This document shows, piece after piece, positions 18,244 to 28,641 of a stretch of DNA of 64,000 nt. A program made the position numbers and the translations under genes. Position 1 is the first letter of the stretch. The number at the start of each line of letters is the position of its first letter. This stretch comes from an uncultured Dehalococcoidia bacterium (GTDB taxonomy: Bacteria; Chloroflexota; Dehalococcoidia; Lucifugimonadales; UBA3495): assembly GCA_950072105.1 (NCBI GenBank), contig CATMOE010000008.1:21797-85796 (forward strand). The letters run 5' to 3'. Below the pieces are notes generated by a model, which had not been told where the DNA came from, did not search any database, and saw only the letters and a list, made by a program, of their open reading frames with translations.

Positions 18244-18653
18244 TCAATCCCGCACATCGTGCCTGGTCAAAAGTCCCTGCCAGTCAAGGATGCGCTGGTC
18301 GGAGGTCGGTAGGTTTGGCCTCTAAGCAGGGCCGTTGCCGTAATGATACGGTCGGCTGAGTCTCATGGGAGACCTTCGAGTTCCGGTGCTAGAATCCCGA
18401 TCTCACCAGTCAGTGGTATCTCCCCTATGCCTAATCCAAGGGTATTTTGACGCCATGCGCTGTTGGAATAATCCAATATGAGCCGTCCTTGTCTGGTGAG
18501 TAACGCGATTTCCCAGAAGGAGATTGCTGAAACGAAGAGCAGGTTGTCTCGCAGGGCTTGATCGGCGATGTCGCGGCTGGCCGGACCAAGACGTTGGTCG
18601 CCGTTCATGGCCCAAATACGGATGTTGGTATCCAGAAGAATGGGACTACCCAT
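18244..18653 (-). pseudogene. vapC: VapC/PIN toxin pseudogene
   Basis: ILLDTN, VSAISFWEI, then LP*DSADRIITATA (TGA 18363-18365), then a frameshift before TSDQRILDW. Confidence 0.8.
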
Positions 18654-18676
18654 TCTCAGCTTTTCATTCTTCTCTA

Positions 18677-18698
18677 ATGACTATAGTCATGACCATAG
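18677..18698. promoter_or_regulatory. Palindromic operator-like site upstream of vapC
   Basis: Perfect palindrome ATGACTATAGTCAT overlapping near-palindrome CTATAGTCATGACCATAG. Confidence 0.5.
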
Positions 18699-18905
18699 AA
18701 ACATATCAGCATTTACGGATTGACCCAGATTGATGACTTATTCAAGACTGTCGAGGGTTCGCTTGCTTCTCTTGCGGCTCTTTTGATGGTCGGTATTTGA
18801 CCGCCTGTCCCTTGGACGGGTATATTATCCTGCGACAACAATTCCGGCCCGGGAACGTGCCATGATAACTAGGTGTGATGGTAATCTGATGACGCAAGGT
18901 CGGTT

Positions 18906-19607
18906 GTGTACGCGCTGATTCTAGCCGGCGGCAAAGGCGAAAGGCTCAGACCTTTGACCGATACGCTTCCCAAACCCATGGTGCCGGTGTGTGGAAAACC
19001 CATACTTTGGCATCAAGTTCAGTGGCTTAAAGAAGCCGGGGTGACCGACGTGGTCTTTTTGGCGGGTTACCGCTGGGAAGCGATCCAGGATTATTTTGGA
19101 GACGGTCAAGCTTTTGGCATCAGAGCCCATTACAGTGTGGAAGACTCGCCGTTGGGCCGGGGTGGGGCCATCCGGAACGGATTTCCTCTCGTACCTGAAG
19201 AGGAGGATCTGGTAGTGGTCCTTAACGGCGACGTGATAACCCAGGAGCCTTTCGGTTCGCTATCACGGCGTCATGAGGAAAGGAAATCGGCCAATCCGTC
19301 CCACTTGGCAACAATCATGGTGGTGCCCTTCGTCAGTCCCTACGGGCTGGTGGACATGAATCCTGATGACGACGTGATCGGGTTTCGAGAGAAAGTGCCG
19401 ATGCCTTACTGGATCAACGCCGGCGTTTATCTATTTGAACGGCGCATGGCTTTGGAGATGCCCGAGTTGGGAGACCATGAGACGGAGACTTTCCCTAGGC
19501 TGGCCCAGGAGGGCAAACTTTCCGCGGTGAAATCCCAGGTCTTCTGGCACAGCGTGGACTCATTCAAGGATCTGCGGGAAGTGGAAGAACATCTGGGGAG
19601 CCAATAA
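18906..19607 (+). CDS. Sugar-phosphate nucleotidyltransferase (NTP_transferase family)
   Basis: LAGGKGERLRPLTDTLPKPMV, NGDV, INAGVY. Confidence 0.88.
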   Translation: MYALILAGGKGERLRPLTDTLPKPMVPVCGKPILWHQVQWLKEAGVTDVVFLAGYRWEAIQDYFGDGQAFGIRAHYSVEDSPLGRGGAIRNGFPLVPEEEDLVVVLNGDVITQEPFGSLSRRHEERKSANPSHLATIMVVPFVSPYGLVDMNPDDDVIGFREKVPMPYWINAGVYLFERRMALEMPELGDHETETFPRLAQEGKLSAVKSQVFWHSVDSFKDLREVEEHLGSQ

Positions 19608-19661
19608 TCTGGATATCCGTGTGGAGCTCAATCTTCGACGGGGTGGCGAAAGCCGACGTCT

Positions 19662-20630
19662 ATGACTCAGAGAGAAACCGCAAACCCTACAGCCGCCGGC
19701 GGCATCGCGCAAGCGGTCGCCAGCGTTAAAGAAAATATCGAAAAAGTCTTGGTGGGGAAAGGCGGGGTCATAGAACTGACCCTAGCTGCCGTTCTCAGCA
19801 GTGGCCACATTCTGATTGAAGACGTGCCTGGTATCGGCAAGACTACACTGGCCCGAGCATTGGCCAGTTCTCTAGATTGCACCTTCCATCGGATCCAGTT
19901 CACCCCCGATCTGATGCCGTCAGACATCACCGGCATCAACTTTTACAACCAGAAAAGCGGCGACTTTGAGTTTCGGCCCGGGCCCATAATCGCCCAAGTG
20001 GTGCTGGCGGACGAAATCAACCGCGCCACACCCCGCACCCAGTCGGCGCTTTTGGAGGCCATGGGCGAGCGTCAGTTGACGGTAGATGACGTTACCATTA
20101 CCCTGCCCGTTCCCTTCCTGGTGATCGCGACTCAAAATCCCATCGAGTTGGAAGGGACATTCCCTTTGCCTGAAGCCCAATTAGACCGGTTTTTGTTGCG
20201 CCTGAGATTGGGCTACCCCACAGAGGACGAAGAAGAGGCAATGTTGACTCGGTTCCAGACTGACGACCCGCTGAAGGACCTCGCAGCGGTGCTCGGGGCC
20301 TCAGACATTGCCTCACTGCAGGACGCCGTCCGGGAAGTCCATTTCGACCCCGTGCTGCGAAATTATTTGGTCCAATTGGTACAGGCCACCCGAAGCCATG
20401 GGGACGTGGAATTGGGCGCCAGCCCTCGGGCCACGATGGGCCTCTACCGGTGCAGCCAAGCCTTGGCGGCGATCCGGGGGAGGGATTACGTGACCCCCGA
20501 CGATCTGAAAACCCTGGCCCCCTTGGCTCTAGCCCACAGAATGATTCTTAAGTCCCAGGCCCGGCTGCGGGAGCGTACGCCGGAGAGCATCATCGACGAG
20601 ATTCTGGCCCAGGTACAAGTGCCCGTATAG
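19662..20630 (+). CDS. moxR: MoxR-family AAA ATPase
   Basis: EDVPGIGKT, RIQFTPDLMPSD, DEINRATPRTQSALLE, LPEAQLDRF. Confidence 0.95.
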   Translation: MTQRETANPTAAGGIAQAVASVKENIEKVLVGKGGVIELTLAAVLSSGHILIEDVPGIGKTTLARALASSLDCTFHRIQFTPDLMPSDITGINFYNQKSGDFEFRPGPIIAQVVLADEINRATPRTQSALLEAMGERQLTVDDVTITLPVPFLVIATQNPIELEGTFPLPEAQLDRFLLRLRLGYPTEDEEEAMLTRFQTDDPLKDLAAVLGASDIASLQDAVREVHFDPVLRNYLVQLVQATRSHGDVELGASPRATMGLYRCSQALAAIRGRDYVTPDDLKTLAPLALAHRMILKSQARLRERTPESIIDEILAQVQVPV

Positions 20631-20648
20631 GGGCCTAAACGACCGATC

Positions 20649-21869
20649 ATGCTCAACGAAGTTTGGCTCCTAGTTAGCTTGGTCATCTTGTTTATCGGCT
20701 TGGTGGCCAGCCAAGGACTCCTATTGGTTCTTGGGGCTCTTAGCCTGATTGTCTCTTTAGTGGCCAAGTATTGGGACCGTTTTGCCTTCCAGAAAGTAAC
20801 CCACTTTCGAACCCTCTCTAACAACCGGGCCTTTGTTGGTGATTCCGTGGAATACGTAATCACCCTTTCCAATGAAAAAGTGCTTCCTTTGATCTGGTTA
20901 GATATTCAGGACGCATTTCCGGAAGGTTTGGAATTGCCCGGCGGCAATCTGCGTGGCAGCGGCGCCGAAGTGACGAGACAACACTGCATCACCACCTCTT
21001 TGCTTCCTTATCAAAAAGTCTCCTGGAAGTATAAGATCAAATGCACCGCCCGAGGATACCACCGCATCGGGCCGGTCCGATTGCGCAGTGGGGATATCTT
21101 TGGATTCAGCTCCGCGGAGATCCACTATCCGAAAGTGGAACACCTGCTGGTGTATCCCAGGATCGTCGATCTGGGCGCATTGATCTTACCGGAGCAACAT
21201 CCGCTGGGTGAAAGCAAGTCGTGGAAACCAGTCGTTCAAGACACCACGCGGTTCCTACGGCAGCGAGATTACAATCCCATAGACCCAATGAAACATATCG
21301 ACTGGAAGGCGTCAGCCCGGAGGCAGCGTCTACAGACCAAGGTCTTTGAACCGGTGGTTTCTTTGAACGTTCTGATCGCGCTGAACGCGGCCACCAGCGA
21401 ATTCGCGTGGCAGGGGAGTAACCGGCGCTTTTTTGAGCGGGCGGTGACGGCGGCGGCGTCAGTAGCAAACGATGCGGCCCTAAGCGGCTACAGCTTTGGC
21501 CTGGTCAGCAATGCGGTGGCCAGCTACTCAGGTAAATGGCTTAGCGTTCCCATGGGGGCGTCTTCCACCCAGCTCTCCTTGGTCCTGGAATCCTTGGCGA
21601 TGGCTGGGCCGTATGTGGTAACTCCTCTGACCGAAGTGTTGCGTGGCGAGCGAGCTTCGCTACCCGCCGGAACGACGGTGGTGGTGGTCACTTCAATATT
21701 GACTCAGGTCATGGCGACGGAAATAGCCTATATCAAGGAGAGCGGGTATCAGGTCCGGGTGCTTTACACCGGCGACCAGGCCCCGTCAGTAGAATTGCCC
21801 GGCGTACCGGTGGTACGTCTGGGGAGAGTTTTAGACGCTCAGGTGGAAGATGAACCAGCTATGGCGTAA
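20649..21869 (+). CDS. DUF58 domain protein
   Basis: N-terminal TMs, RDYNPIDPMKHIDWKASAR; follows moxR. Confidence 0.88.
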   Translation: MLNEVWLLVSLVILFIGLVASQGLLLVLGALSLIVSLVAKYWDRFAFQKVTHFRTLSNNRAFVGDSVEYVITLSNEKVLPLIWLDIQDAFPEGLELPGGNLRGSGAEVTRQHCITTSLLPYQKVSWKYKIKCTARGYHRIGPVRLRSGDIFGFSSAEIHYPKVEHLLVYPRIVDLGALILPEQHPLGESKSWKPVVQDTTRFLRQRDYNPIDPMKHIDWKASARRQRLQTKVFEPVVSLNVLIALNAATSEFAWQGSNRRFFERAVTAAASVANDAALSGYSFGLVSNAVASYSGKWLSVPMGASSTQLSLVLESLAMAGPYVVTPLTEVLRGERASLPAGTTVVVVTSILTQVMATEIAYIKESGYQVRVLYTGDQAPSVELPGVPVVRLGRVLDAQVEDEPAMA

Positions 21870-23277
21870 CAGCGCCGTCACTGGCGTCGGGCTATTCCTA
21901 GAGTCTTGCGCTTTTTACCTGGTGATCAAATTGATCAGCGCCGGCCTGGGTCAATCGATGGCAGCGCTGCCGATCTGGTTGGTCGTAGTTGCCATCCTTT
22001 GGGCCTACGTGCTTTCTTCGTACGTACAAACAATGAAGTTCACGTCCAATCTTCGTGGCCTGGTTGGATTGGGCATCTCGGGGCTGTCTATATTGGTATT
22101 GGCTCATCTACACACCGGCATGGGAGTATTGCCGGTGGGAGCGTTCATCGGTTCCAATTTCGATACCATCGCGCGACAGGTATTAGTTTTCGCTTTCTTG
22201 GTCCTCTTGTGGTGGCGAGGCACCACCATCGCTCAAGATGAAGTAACGCTGGATACGGTTAGGGCCTCGTTCCAGTGGGGATTGATGGTCCTCTTCGCGG
22301 CCGTACTGATAGATACCGTGGCCGAAGCCGACTTGGTCAACGGATTCCTGGTGATCGGATACTTTGGTGTTGGCCTGGTTGGCATGGCCCTGGCGAGGTT
22401 TTCTTCCGAGGCCGGTGATTCCCAGATCATGTCTTTCGAATGGTGGATGCCCATCACCGTCAGCGTTGGCGCGGTGCTCATCCTTGGGATGGTCATCAGC
22501 GGAATCGGCTTGGGGGGTCTCGACGACGTAACCCGGGCGATCTTAAAGTTAGTCGGAAACATCGGTTTTTGGATGATAAAACCGCTGCTTCTTGGATTGG
22601 GCTACATCGCCGGGGTATTGGTGGCTGTGGGCAACTGGTTGTCCAGTATGTTCGGAGGAGGCGACCTCAGCGGACTTGCCAGAGCACAGGAACAGATCCG
22701 CCAATTCCACGATACCATGCAACAAGAAGCCGGCGATGACGGACCACCTGGGGCGTTGATTTTTCTGATCAAGTTTTTGGGATTTACCGTTGGGATCTCA
22801 TTGGCGGCCTGGATCATTTACCGGATATTTAGGTTTCGCCGCCTGCACCAAGGCACCGGCGTTGTTGAGGAAACCCGTGAGTCTTTATTCAGCTGGAGCC
22901 AGGCTAACCAGGACCTTTCATCGCTCATCAGCGCCTGGTGGAACAAGTGGACGTCGGGAGGACCTGGCAAGAAGGCGATCGCCCAGCCGCGCGACCCTCG
23001 CGAGGTTTATCACGCGCTGCTGGACCTGTCGGCTGAGTCCGGGCGGCCAAGAGAAGAGTGGCAAACTCCCAGGGAGCACGAAGGCACCTTAGATGGATTG
23101 TTCCCCTCAGAGCCGGTAGATCGAATCGTCGATGGATTTCAGCACGTTTATTATGGGGAAGCTGAAGCTACAACGCCGGAGATCGAAGGGTTGCAGTCCG
23201 ATTGGACCGCCATCAACGAACATCTTGCGGAGCTTAATCGCCAGAAGGAAGAGAAAGACGGCCACACGGGCGAGTAG
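21850..23277 (+). CDS. Multi-TM protein with C-terminal DUF4129-like domain
   Basis: Many hydrophobic segments; PREVYHALL..WQTPRE..YYG. Confidence 0.72.
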   Translation: MNQLWRNSAVTGVGLFLESCAFYLVIKLISAGLGQSMAALPIWLVVVAILWAYVLSSYVQTMKFTSNLRGLVGLGISGLSILVLAHLHTGMGVLPVGAFIGSNFDTIARQVLVFAFLVLLWWRGTTIAQDEVTLDTVRASFQWGLMVLFAAVLIDTVAEADLVNGFLVIGYFGVGLVGMALARFSSEAGDSQIMSFEWWMPITVSVGAVLILGMVISGIGLGGLDDVTRAILKLVGNIGFWMIKPLLLGLGYIAGVLVAVGNWLSSMFGGGDLSGLARAQEQIRQFHDTMQQEAGDDGPPGALIFLIKFLGFTVGISLAAWIIYRIFRFRRLHQGTGVVEETRESLFSWSQANQDLSSLISAWWNKWTSGGPGKKAIAQPRDPREVYHALLDLSAESGRPREEWQTPREHEGTLDGLFPSEPVDRIVDGFQHVYYGEAEATTPEIEGLQSDWTAINEHLAELNRQKEEKDGHTGE

Positions 23278-23278
23278 G

Positions 23279-24181
23279 CTATAGAAAGCGGGGAATCACC
23301 TCCCGGGCGATGGTCTCCATCAAACGGGTTATCGTGTCCACGTCCCCGGTGTTGAGCGCCAAGACGACGTGCTGGACGCCGGCAGTCTCATAGGCGGCTA
23401 GCGAGGCGGCAATTGCGTCTGGATCATCGCCGGATATGCGCGCCCGGCCGGCGGACCGGCTGCTGGACGGTCCGCCGTGAGCCTCCACCTCTATTCGCAA
23501 AGACATGGCCAGCGATTCCGGCGCTCTGCCGGCCGCGGTTGCCATCTCCTCAATCTCACGGCGGCCTATGCTGAATTCCTCCGGACTAAGGCCGGTAGGG
23601 TGCCAACCGTCTCCCCGAAGCGCGGCCCGCCGCATAGCCCCAGGGCTGGAGCCGCCGATCCACAAAGGGATATGAGGTTTCTGAACCGGTTTGGGCGAAA
23701 ATAGTAGATCGGTGAACTTCCAGCGGCGGCTCTCGTAGGTGGGGCTGGGGCTAGTCCATAGCTCCTTCATGATGGCGATGCATTCGTTGGTCAGAGATGC
23801 CCGGTCCCGCATGGAGATGCCCAGGGCGTCGAACTCTTCGGTCATGGCCCCAACACCCACACCCAGGATGACTCTCCCGCCGGAGATCTGGTCCAAGCTG
23901 GCGGCGTATTTCGCCAACTCCACCGGGTTGTGGTAGGGCAATACCAGGACGGATGTGCCCAACATGACCCGTTTGGTGGTGGCGGCGAGATAGGAAAGAG
24001 TGGACATTGGATGGTAGTAGGGTTTGCCCTCCAGCCGCTCCCGGATGTACCCAGTATTGAAGAGGTGGTCCATGACCCAGACAGAGTCATAGCCCAATTC
24101 CTCGGCCAACGGGCCAAAATCCAGCACCTGCTGAGGGTCCTCGATGCCCCAATTGTTGGGTATGGTGACGCCGAATTTCAC
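23279..24181 (-). CDS. LLM-class (probably F420-dependent) oxidoreductase
   Basis: AEELGYDSVWVMDH, LDQISGGRVILGVGVG, PKPVQKPHIPLWIGG. Confidence 0.9.
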   Translation of the reverse strand: MKFGVTIPNNWGIEDPQQVLDFGPLAEELGYDSVWVMDHLFNTGYIRERLEGKPYYHPMSTLSYLAATTKRVMLGTSVLVLPYHNPVELAKYAASLDQISGGRVILGVGVGAMTEEFDALGISMRDRASLTNECIAIMKELWTSPSPTYESRRWKFTDLLFSPKPVQKPHIPLWIGGSSPGAMRRAALRGDGWHPTGLSPEEFSIGRREIEEMATAAGRAPESLAMSLRIEVEAHGGPSSSRSAGRARISGDDPDAIAASLAAYETAGVQHVVLALNTGDVDTITRLMETIAREVIPRFL

Positions 24182-24212
24182 GATTCCTCTGCAACTTGCC
24201 CGTGGGCGAATT

Positions 24213-24299
24213 CCGTCAGCGGTCAGCCGTCAGCTAAGGCCCGTTGTCCACCGGGAGCCCATTGCTGCTTGGTGTTTGCTGAAAGCTGATTGCTGATGG
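24213..24299. repeat. Heptamer-periodic inverted repeat (TCAGC)x3...(GCTGA)x3
   Basis: CCGTCAGCGGTCAGCCGTCAGC (24213-24234) vs GCTGAAAGCTGATTGCTGATGG (24278-24299). Confidence 0.6.
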
Positions 24300-24308
24300 C
24301 CGATGGCT

Positions 24309-24782
24309 TTATCCGGTGTTGATCGCCTGCACCAGACGGGCTGTTTCGATAGCCGCGACCGCGGCGTTGCTGCCCAGATTACCCGACTTACCCCCGGCAC
24401 GGTTCAAGGCCTGTTCCATGTTTTCGGTGGTGAGTACGCCGAATATCGTCGGCACCCCCGTGTCCACCCCGACCTGCCCGATACCACGGGACGCATGACC
24501 GGCGACCATGTCATAGTGGCCGGTTTCGCCTCGAATCACGGCTCCCAAACAGATTATCGAGTCGTACCTGCCAGTATCGGCCAGATTCTTCGCGGCCACC
24601 GGCAACTCGAACGCTCCCGGAACCCAAACGATGCTGATGTCGTTGTCGCTTACGCCGTAACGTGATAACGTCCCAATCGCTCCATCCATCAGTGGCCGCG
24701 TCACCAATTCGTTGAAGCGGGCTACAACCACCGCCACCCTTAAACCTTGGCCGTTCATGTCTCCACTTAGCTCTTTGGGCAA
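24309..24782 (-). CDS. ribH: 6,7-dimethyl-8-ribityllumazine synthase
   Basis: [35 protein letters not shown]. Confidence 0.96.
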   Translation of the reverse strand: MPKELSGDMNGQGLRVAVVVARFNELVTRPLMDGAIGTLSRYGVSDNDISIVWVPGAFELPVAAKNLADTGRYDSIICLGAVIRGETGHYDMVAGHASRGIGQVGVDTGVPTIFGVLTTENMEQALNRAGGKSGNLGSNAAVAAIETARLVQAINTG

Positions 24783-24812
24783 GACATTTCTCCTGGTCTG
24801 AATTGGCTATCG

Positions 24813-25541
24813 CTAGCCGGTGGTTCCATCGGCGGTCACGGGCTCCGGGCGCACCCCCGCCTCTAGCACCTTTTCCAACAGTTGTGGCTCGGATAGGGGT
24901 CCGGACAACCGGATGTGCTCGTTGATCACGGTTACAGGCACTGAGCGCACCCCGTAATTTCGGGCTAGCAACGGAAACTCTTGGATCTCCACCACGTCGG
25001 CGGCGACCAACGGGTTCTCGATGGCCAGAGCGTGGGCCAAACAGGCCAAGCCCGGACAATCGGCGCTGGCGGGTGTTACGAACACTTGAATGTGGACCTT
25101 CTGGGTGAGCTTCCGCAGCTTTTTCCGGGTGTCCATGCTCAGAGGGCTGACACTTCGGGATATGGTCTTGATATCGGCTACCATGGCGGCCATACCGTAT
25201 CCCATAGGCGCGCCGTAAAACTTAACTCGGGACGACCCGTCCGTGCTGATGACAATGGCCGGAATACGGGTTACGCCTTGGTCCTGGGCAACTTGGGGGT
25301 CGTTGTAGAAATCGACCGTTTCAAGATCGATCTTGGGTGTCAGCGCGGCCAACTCCTCCAACAGTTGTAGGGTTTGTGGGCAGCGGGGACACTCCCGGCC
25401 CGGAATCGTTATCACGGACGGTTTCTGGGTAAACAGGCGAATCTGGACCTGCGCTTTCAGGTCTTTTCTAAAGGTCCGCTTTAACTGGGACCTATCTTGG
25501 TCGGAAATCATCGGTTTTTGCATGGTTAAGTCGCTCTCCAT
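24813..25541 (-). CDS. Two-domain thioredoxin-fold protein (PDO/AhpF N-terminal-like)
   Basis: CPRC in domain 1; SADC in domain 2; YGVRSVP cis-Pro motif. Confidence 0.8.
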   Translation of the reverse strand: MESDLTMQKPMISDQDRSQLKRTFRKDLKAQVQIRLFTQKPSVITIPGRECPRCPQTLQLLEELAALTPKIDLETVDFYNDPQVAQDQGVTRIPAIVISTDGSSRVKFYGAPMGYGMAAMVADIKTISRSVSPLSMDTRKKLRKLTQKVHIQVFVTPASADCPGLACLAHALAIENPLVAADVVEIQEFPLLARNYGVRSVPVTVINEHIRLSGPLSEPQLLEKVLEAGVRPEPVTADGTTG

Positions 25542-25643
25542 GCTGGGGTGCTTGGGGCCTAAACCGGGAGTATCCGGTGCAGTTTGTAGCCGGGCCCAAC
25601 GGCCAGTCTCGAACGATTACCAGTGTACACGCGAAGCTAGACG

Positions 25644-26255
25644 TTATCCACCCTGATCCAACTCGCGGCGGATGGTGAACATTCTTTGGAAAAGCGTGAA
25701 GCAGGAAACCGCGGCAATGAGGAGGAGGACCCAAAAGATCTGTCCTATCAGCAAGCCGATGCCCAGAAGGATAACCCGTTCGGTACGGGTCATTAATCCG
25801 GACCTGGAGAAAACGCCCAATCCCTCTCCGCGGGCCCGTAGATAGCTGACCCCTTGGGAGAAGATCAGCGCTAGAAATAACACGATAATGAATACTAGGA
25901 GGTATGATTCGTCGAAGTTTGCCCCAAGGGCGTAGAACGCCAACCCCACGAACAGGGCGGCTTCTCCCAGACGGTCAAAGACGGAGTCAAGAAGGGCGCC
26001 GAATGGGCTAACCTTGCCGGTAAGGCGGGCTAATGCCCCGTCCATCAGGTCTAGACCGCTGCCCAGGAGAAAGACGATGCCTCCAGCCAGCAGCCAGCCA
26101 GAACCGACGAGATATGCCGCCACGACGGTAAACCCAAAACCGATGAGCGTCACTGCGTTGGGGGTCAGCTTTAATGCTCTGAGGAATCGGGCGCCGGGCA
26201 GCTCAACGTATTGAAGTATGGCCTCTCTTATCTGCTCTCTTCCTGGTACGGCCAT
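25644..26255 (-). CDS. pgsA: CDP-alcohol phosphatidyltransferase (PI-phosphate synthase-like)
   Basis: TPNAVT, DLMDGALAR..GALLDSVFDR, SYLRARGE, RTER. Confidence 0.88.
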   Translation of the reverse strand: MAVPGREQIREAILQYVELPGARFLRALKLTPNAVTLIGFGFTVVAAYLVGSGWLLAGGIVFLLGSGLDLMDGALARLTGKVSPFGALLDSVFDRLGEAALFVGLAFYALGANFDESYLLVFIIVLFLALIFSQGVSYLRARGEGLGVFSRSGLMTRTERVILLGIGLLIGQIFWVLLLIAAVSCFTLFQRMFTIRRELDQGG

Positions 26256-27369
26256 TGGCTAAACTCATACAGTCTTTATAATAATCTTCCACCTGGGCGG
26301 CGACCCGGTCCCACCGGTATTGCTCAACTGTTTGGCGGCCCTGGGACCCCAGTTTATTACGCAATTGGGGGTCACGAATCAGCGTACCCAGCGCTTGGGC
26401 CAGGCCTTCTATGTCTTTGCGGGGAAATAACAGGCACTCCTGGCCGTGGGTAACGATACCGGCGTACCCTTCGATGTCGGAAGCGACCACCGGCTTTCCC
26501 GCGGCCATGGCCTCCAGCAGCACAATGCCGAAGCTTTCCGCGCCGGTGGCCGGCGAACAGAATATGTCGGCGCTGGCGTAGTAACGAGGCAGGTCTTCAT
26601 AGGGAACCGAGCCGGTAAATACCACGTCGTTCAGGCCCCGGCCACCAAGTATGCTGTGGGATTCCTTATCTGGGGAGCCGGGACCCACAACCAATAGCCT
26701 AATGTCCGGCAGGTCCCATTTCAGGCGGCTGAAGGCTTCCAGCAGGTACCTCAGCCCTTTGCGCTTCTCAAGACGTCCGACGAACAAGATGTTGATCTTG
26801 CCGTCCTGGTATTCAGGCCACGGCGCCGCCTTAGTTGAGAAGTGGTCCAGGTCTATCCCATTGGGGATGATTTTGTAATTTCCGGGAAACGCGCTGCTTA
26901 CATAACGTAGCGCGGCGGGGGAGACGGCGATACCTCCGTCCAAACGCTGGTGCCATCGCTTGATGAGGGGATGGCTGAGGTGGTACAGGTGGCTGTGCTT
27001 ATAGGAGGCGTGAAAGGTGCCTATGTTGACCGCGTCGGAAAATTCCAGAACGCAAAGGGGCAATATGGGCGCCATCGGCTCGTGGAGATGGACGATATCG
27101 AAGGCCTCCCGCTGCAAAAGGGCCCGGACCTTGGGGTACAACCACCAAGAAAGGGAAACCCGGGCGGTGGATCCGCCGCTGGGCAGCGGAACCGACCTGC
27201 CCAGTGCGACGAACGGTTCGTCGTTTTCATTTTGACGGGATGGCGAGTGGGGTGCCAGGACCTGAACTTCATGGCCGTTCCGGCCCAACTCCCGGGCTAG
27301 TTGGGTGACGTGGGCAGTTACCCCACCGGGCCAGGTGAAATCGTAGGGTGAAACCATGGCGATTTTCAC
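26203..27369 (-). CDS. pimA: GT4 glycosyltransferase, PimA-like phosphatidylinositol mannosyltransferase
   Basis: VSPYDFTWPGGV, HLHEP, GTFHA, RKG, ESFGIVLLEAMAAG. Confidence 0.8.
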   Translation of the reverse strand: MKIAMVSPYDFTWPGGVTAHVTQLARELGRNGHEVQVLAPHSPSRQNENDEPFVALGRSVPLPSGGSTARVSLSWWLYPKVRALLQREAFDIVHLHEPMAPILPLCVLEFSDAVNIGTFHASYKHSHLYHLSHPLIKRWHQRLDGGIAVSPAALRYVSSAFPGNYKIIPNGIDLDHFSTKAAPWPEYQDGKINILFVGRLEKRKGLRYLLEAFSRLKWDLPDIRLLVVGPGSPDKESHSILGGRGLNDVVFTGSVPYEDLPRYYASADIFCSPATGAESFGIVLLEAMAAGKPVVASDIEGYAGIVTHGQECLLFPRKDIEGLAQALGTLIRDPQLRNKLGSQGRQTVEQYRWDRVAAQVEDYYKDCMSLANGRTRKRADKRGHTSIR

Positions 27370-27412
27370 GCAGTCCCTCCAGATAGCGGCCGAGAGGCAA
27401 CCCGTATCCGGG

Positions 27413-28504
27413 CTATTCTGATTCGCCTACGGCGCCCGGGTTTTCGATGAAGTCTTCCACCATCTTCCTCGCAACATCGTCGGTAAATTGGTCCGGTGGC
27501 GATTTCATAAAGTACGCGCTGGGGCCTTGGAGGGCTCCGCTGATGCCCCGGTCAAGGGCCAACTTGGCGCAGCGTACCGCATCGACAACGACGCCTGCTG
27601 AGTTGGGGCTATCCCAGACTTCCAGCTTGACTTCCATGTTGATCGGCGCACCGCCGAAAGAGCGCCCCTCAATACGGATGTGGCACCATTTGCGGTCTTG
27701 GAGCCATGGTACATGGTCGCTGGGACCGACATGGATATCATCGGGGTCGATTCCCTCGTCCATCTGGGAGGTAACCGCGCTGGTTTTGGAGATTCTCTTG
27801 GAGACGGTCCGTTCCCGTTCCAGCAGGTTTAGGAAGTCGGTATTTCCGCCGAAGTTCAACTGATAGGTGTTCACGATCTTCACACCCCGGTCTTCAAACA
27901 AGCGGGTGAGCACCCGGTGGGTAATGGTCGCGCCCAATTGGGACTTGATATCGTCGCCTACTATGGGCACTCCGCGCTCCTCAAATCGCTTGCTCCAGTA
28001 TTCCTCTTTGGCGATGAAAACCGGGATGCAGTTGACCATGGCGCACCTGGCTTCCAGGATCTGCTCCACGTACCATTTGGTGGCCATTTCGCTGCCCACA
28101 GGCAGGTAGTTGATCACCACGTCCACTTCTCGCTCTTTAAGGATGGCGGTAATGTTGGCGGTGGAGTGGGAGGATTTTTTCACCAGGTGGGATACGTATT
28201 TGCCGATGCCGTCGTGGGTCATGCCCCTTTCCACTGGAACGCCCATGTGGGGCACGTCCGCAAACTTCAAGGTGTTGTTGGGTTCAGTGAATATGGCTTC
28301 GGAAACGTCCTTGCCGACCTTGTTCTGATCGATATCGAAAGCAGCCACCACTTCGATGTCTTCGATCCGGTAGTCGCCTATCTTGACGTGCATGATGCCC
28401 GGGACTTCGGAATCCTCGGGTAGCTCTACGTACTCGTGAATACCCTGCACGAATGAAGAGGCGCAATTTCCTACGCCAATGATGGCGACTTTGATTTTCC
28501 CCAC
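27413..28504 (-). CDS. ino1: myo-inositol-1-phosphate synthase (short, actinobacterial-like type)
   Basis: [44 protein letters not shown]. Confidence 0.95.
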   Translation of the reverse strand: MGKIKVAIIGVGNCASSFVQGIHEYVELPEDSEVPGIMHVKIGDYRIEDIEVVAAFDIDQNKVGKDVSEAIFTEPNNTLKFADVPHMGVPVERGMTHDGIGKYVSHLVKKSSHSTANITAILKEREVDVVINYLPVGSEMATKWYVEQILEARCAMVNCIPVFIAKEEYWSKRFEERGVPIVGDDIKSQLGATITHRVLTRLFEDRGVKIVNTYQLNFGGNTDFLNLLERERTVSKRISKTSAVTSQMDEGIDPDDIHVGPSDHVPWLQDRKWCHIRIEGRSFGGAPINMEVKLEVWDSPNSAGVVVDAVRCAKLALDRGISGALQGPSAYFMKSPPDQFTDDVARKMVEDFIENPGAVGESE

Positions 28505-28641
28505 GATTTGGGCTCCTTTATGACCTTTACCCGTGCTTCACCGCACTGGGATCGGGCGGGTGAATTTTAGCAAGTTCCACTGGGCGCTACAAGAGGCTGG
28601 CTGGCGGGTTTTCTCTGAATATCCGCCATTAGGGTGCTACA

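Noticed and set aside
18363..18365. In-frame TGA in vapC as selenocysteine
   Set aside because: Not a Cys position, and a second lesion (frameshift) follows.
17604..18900. Integrated element at tRNA-Gln
   Set aside because: No integrase and no duplicated tRNA 3' end found.
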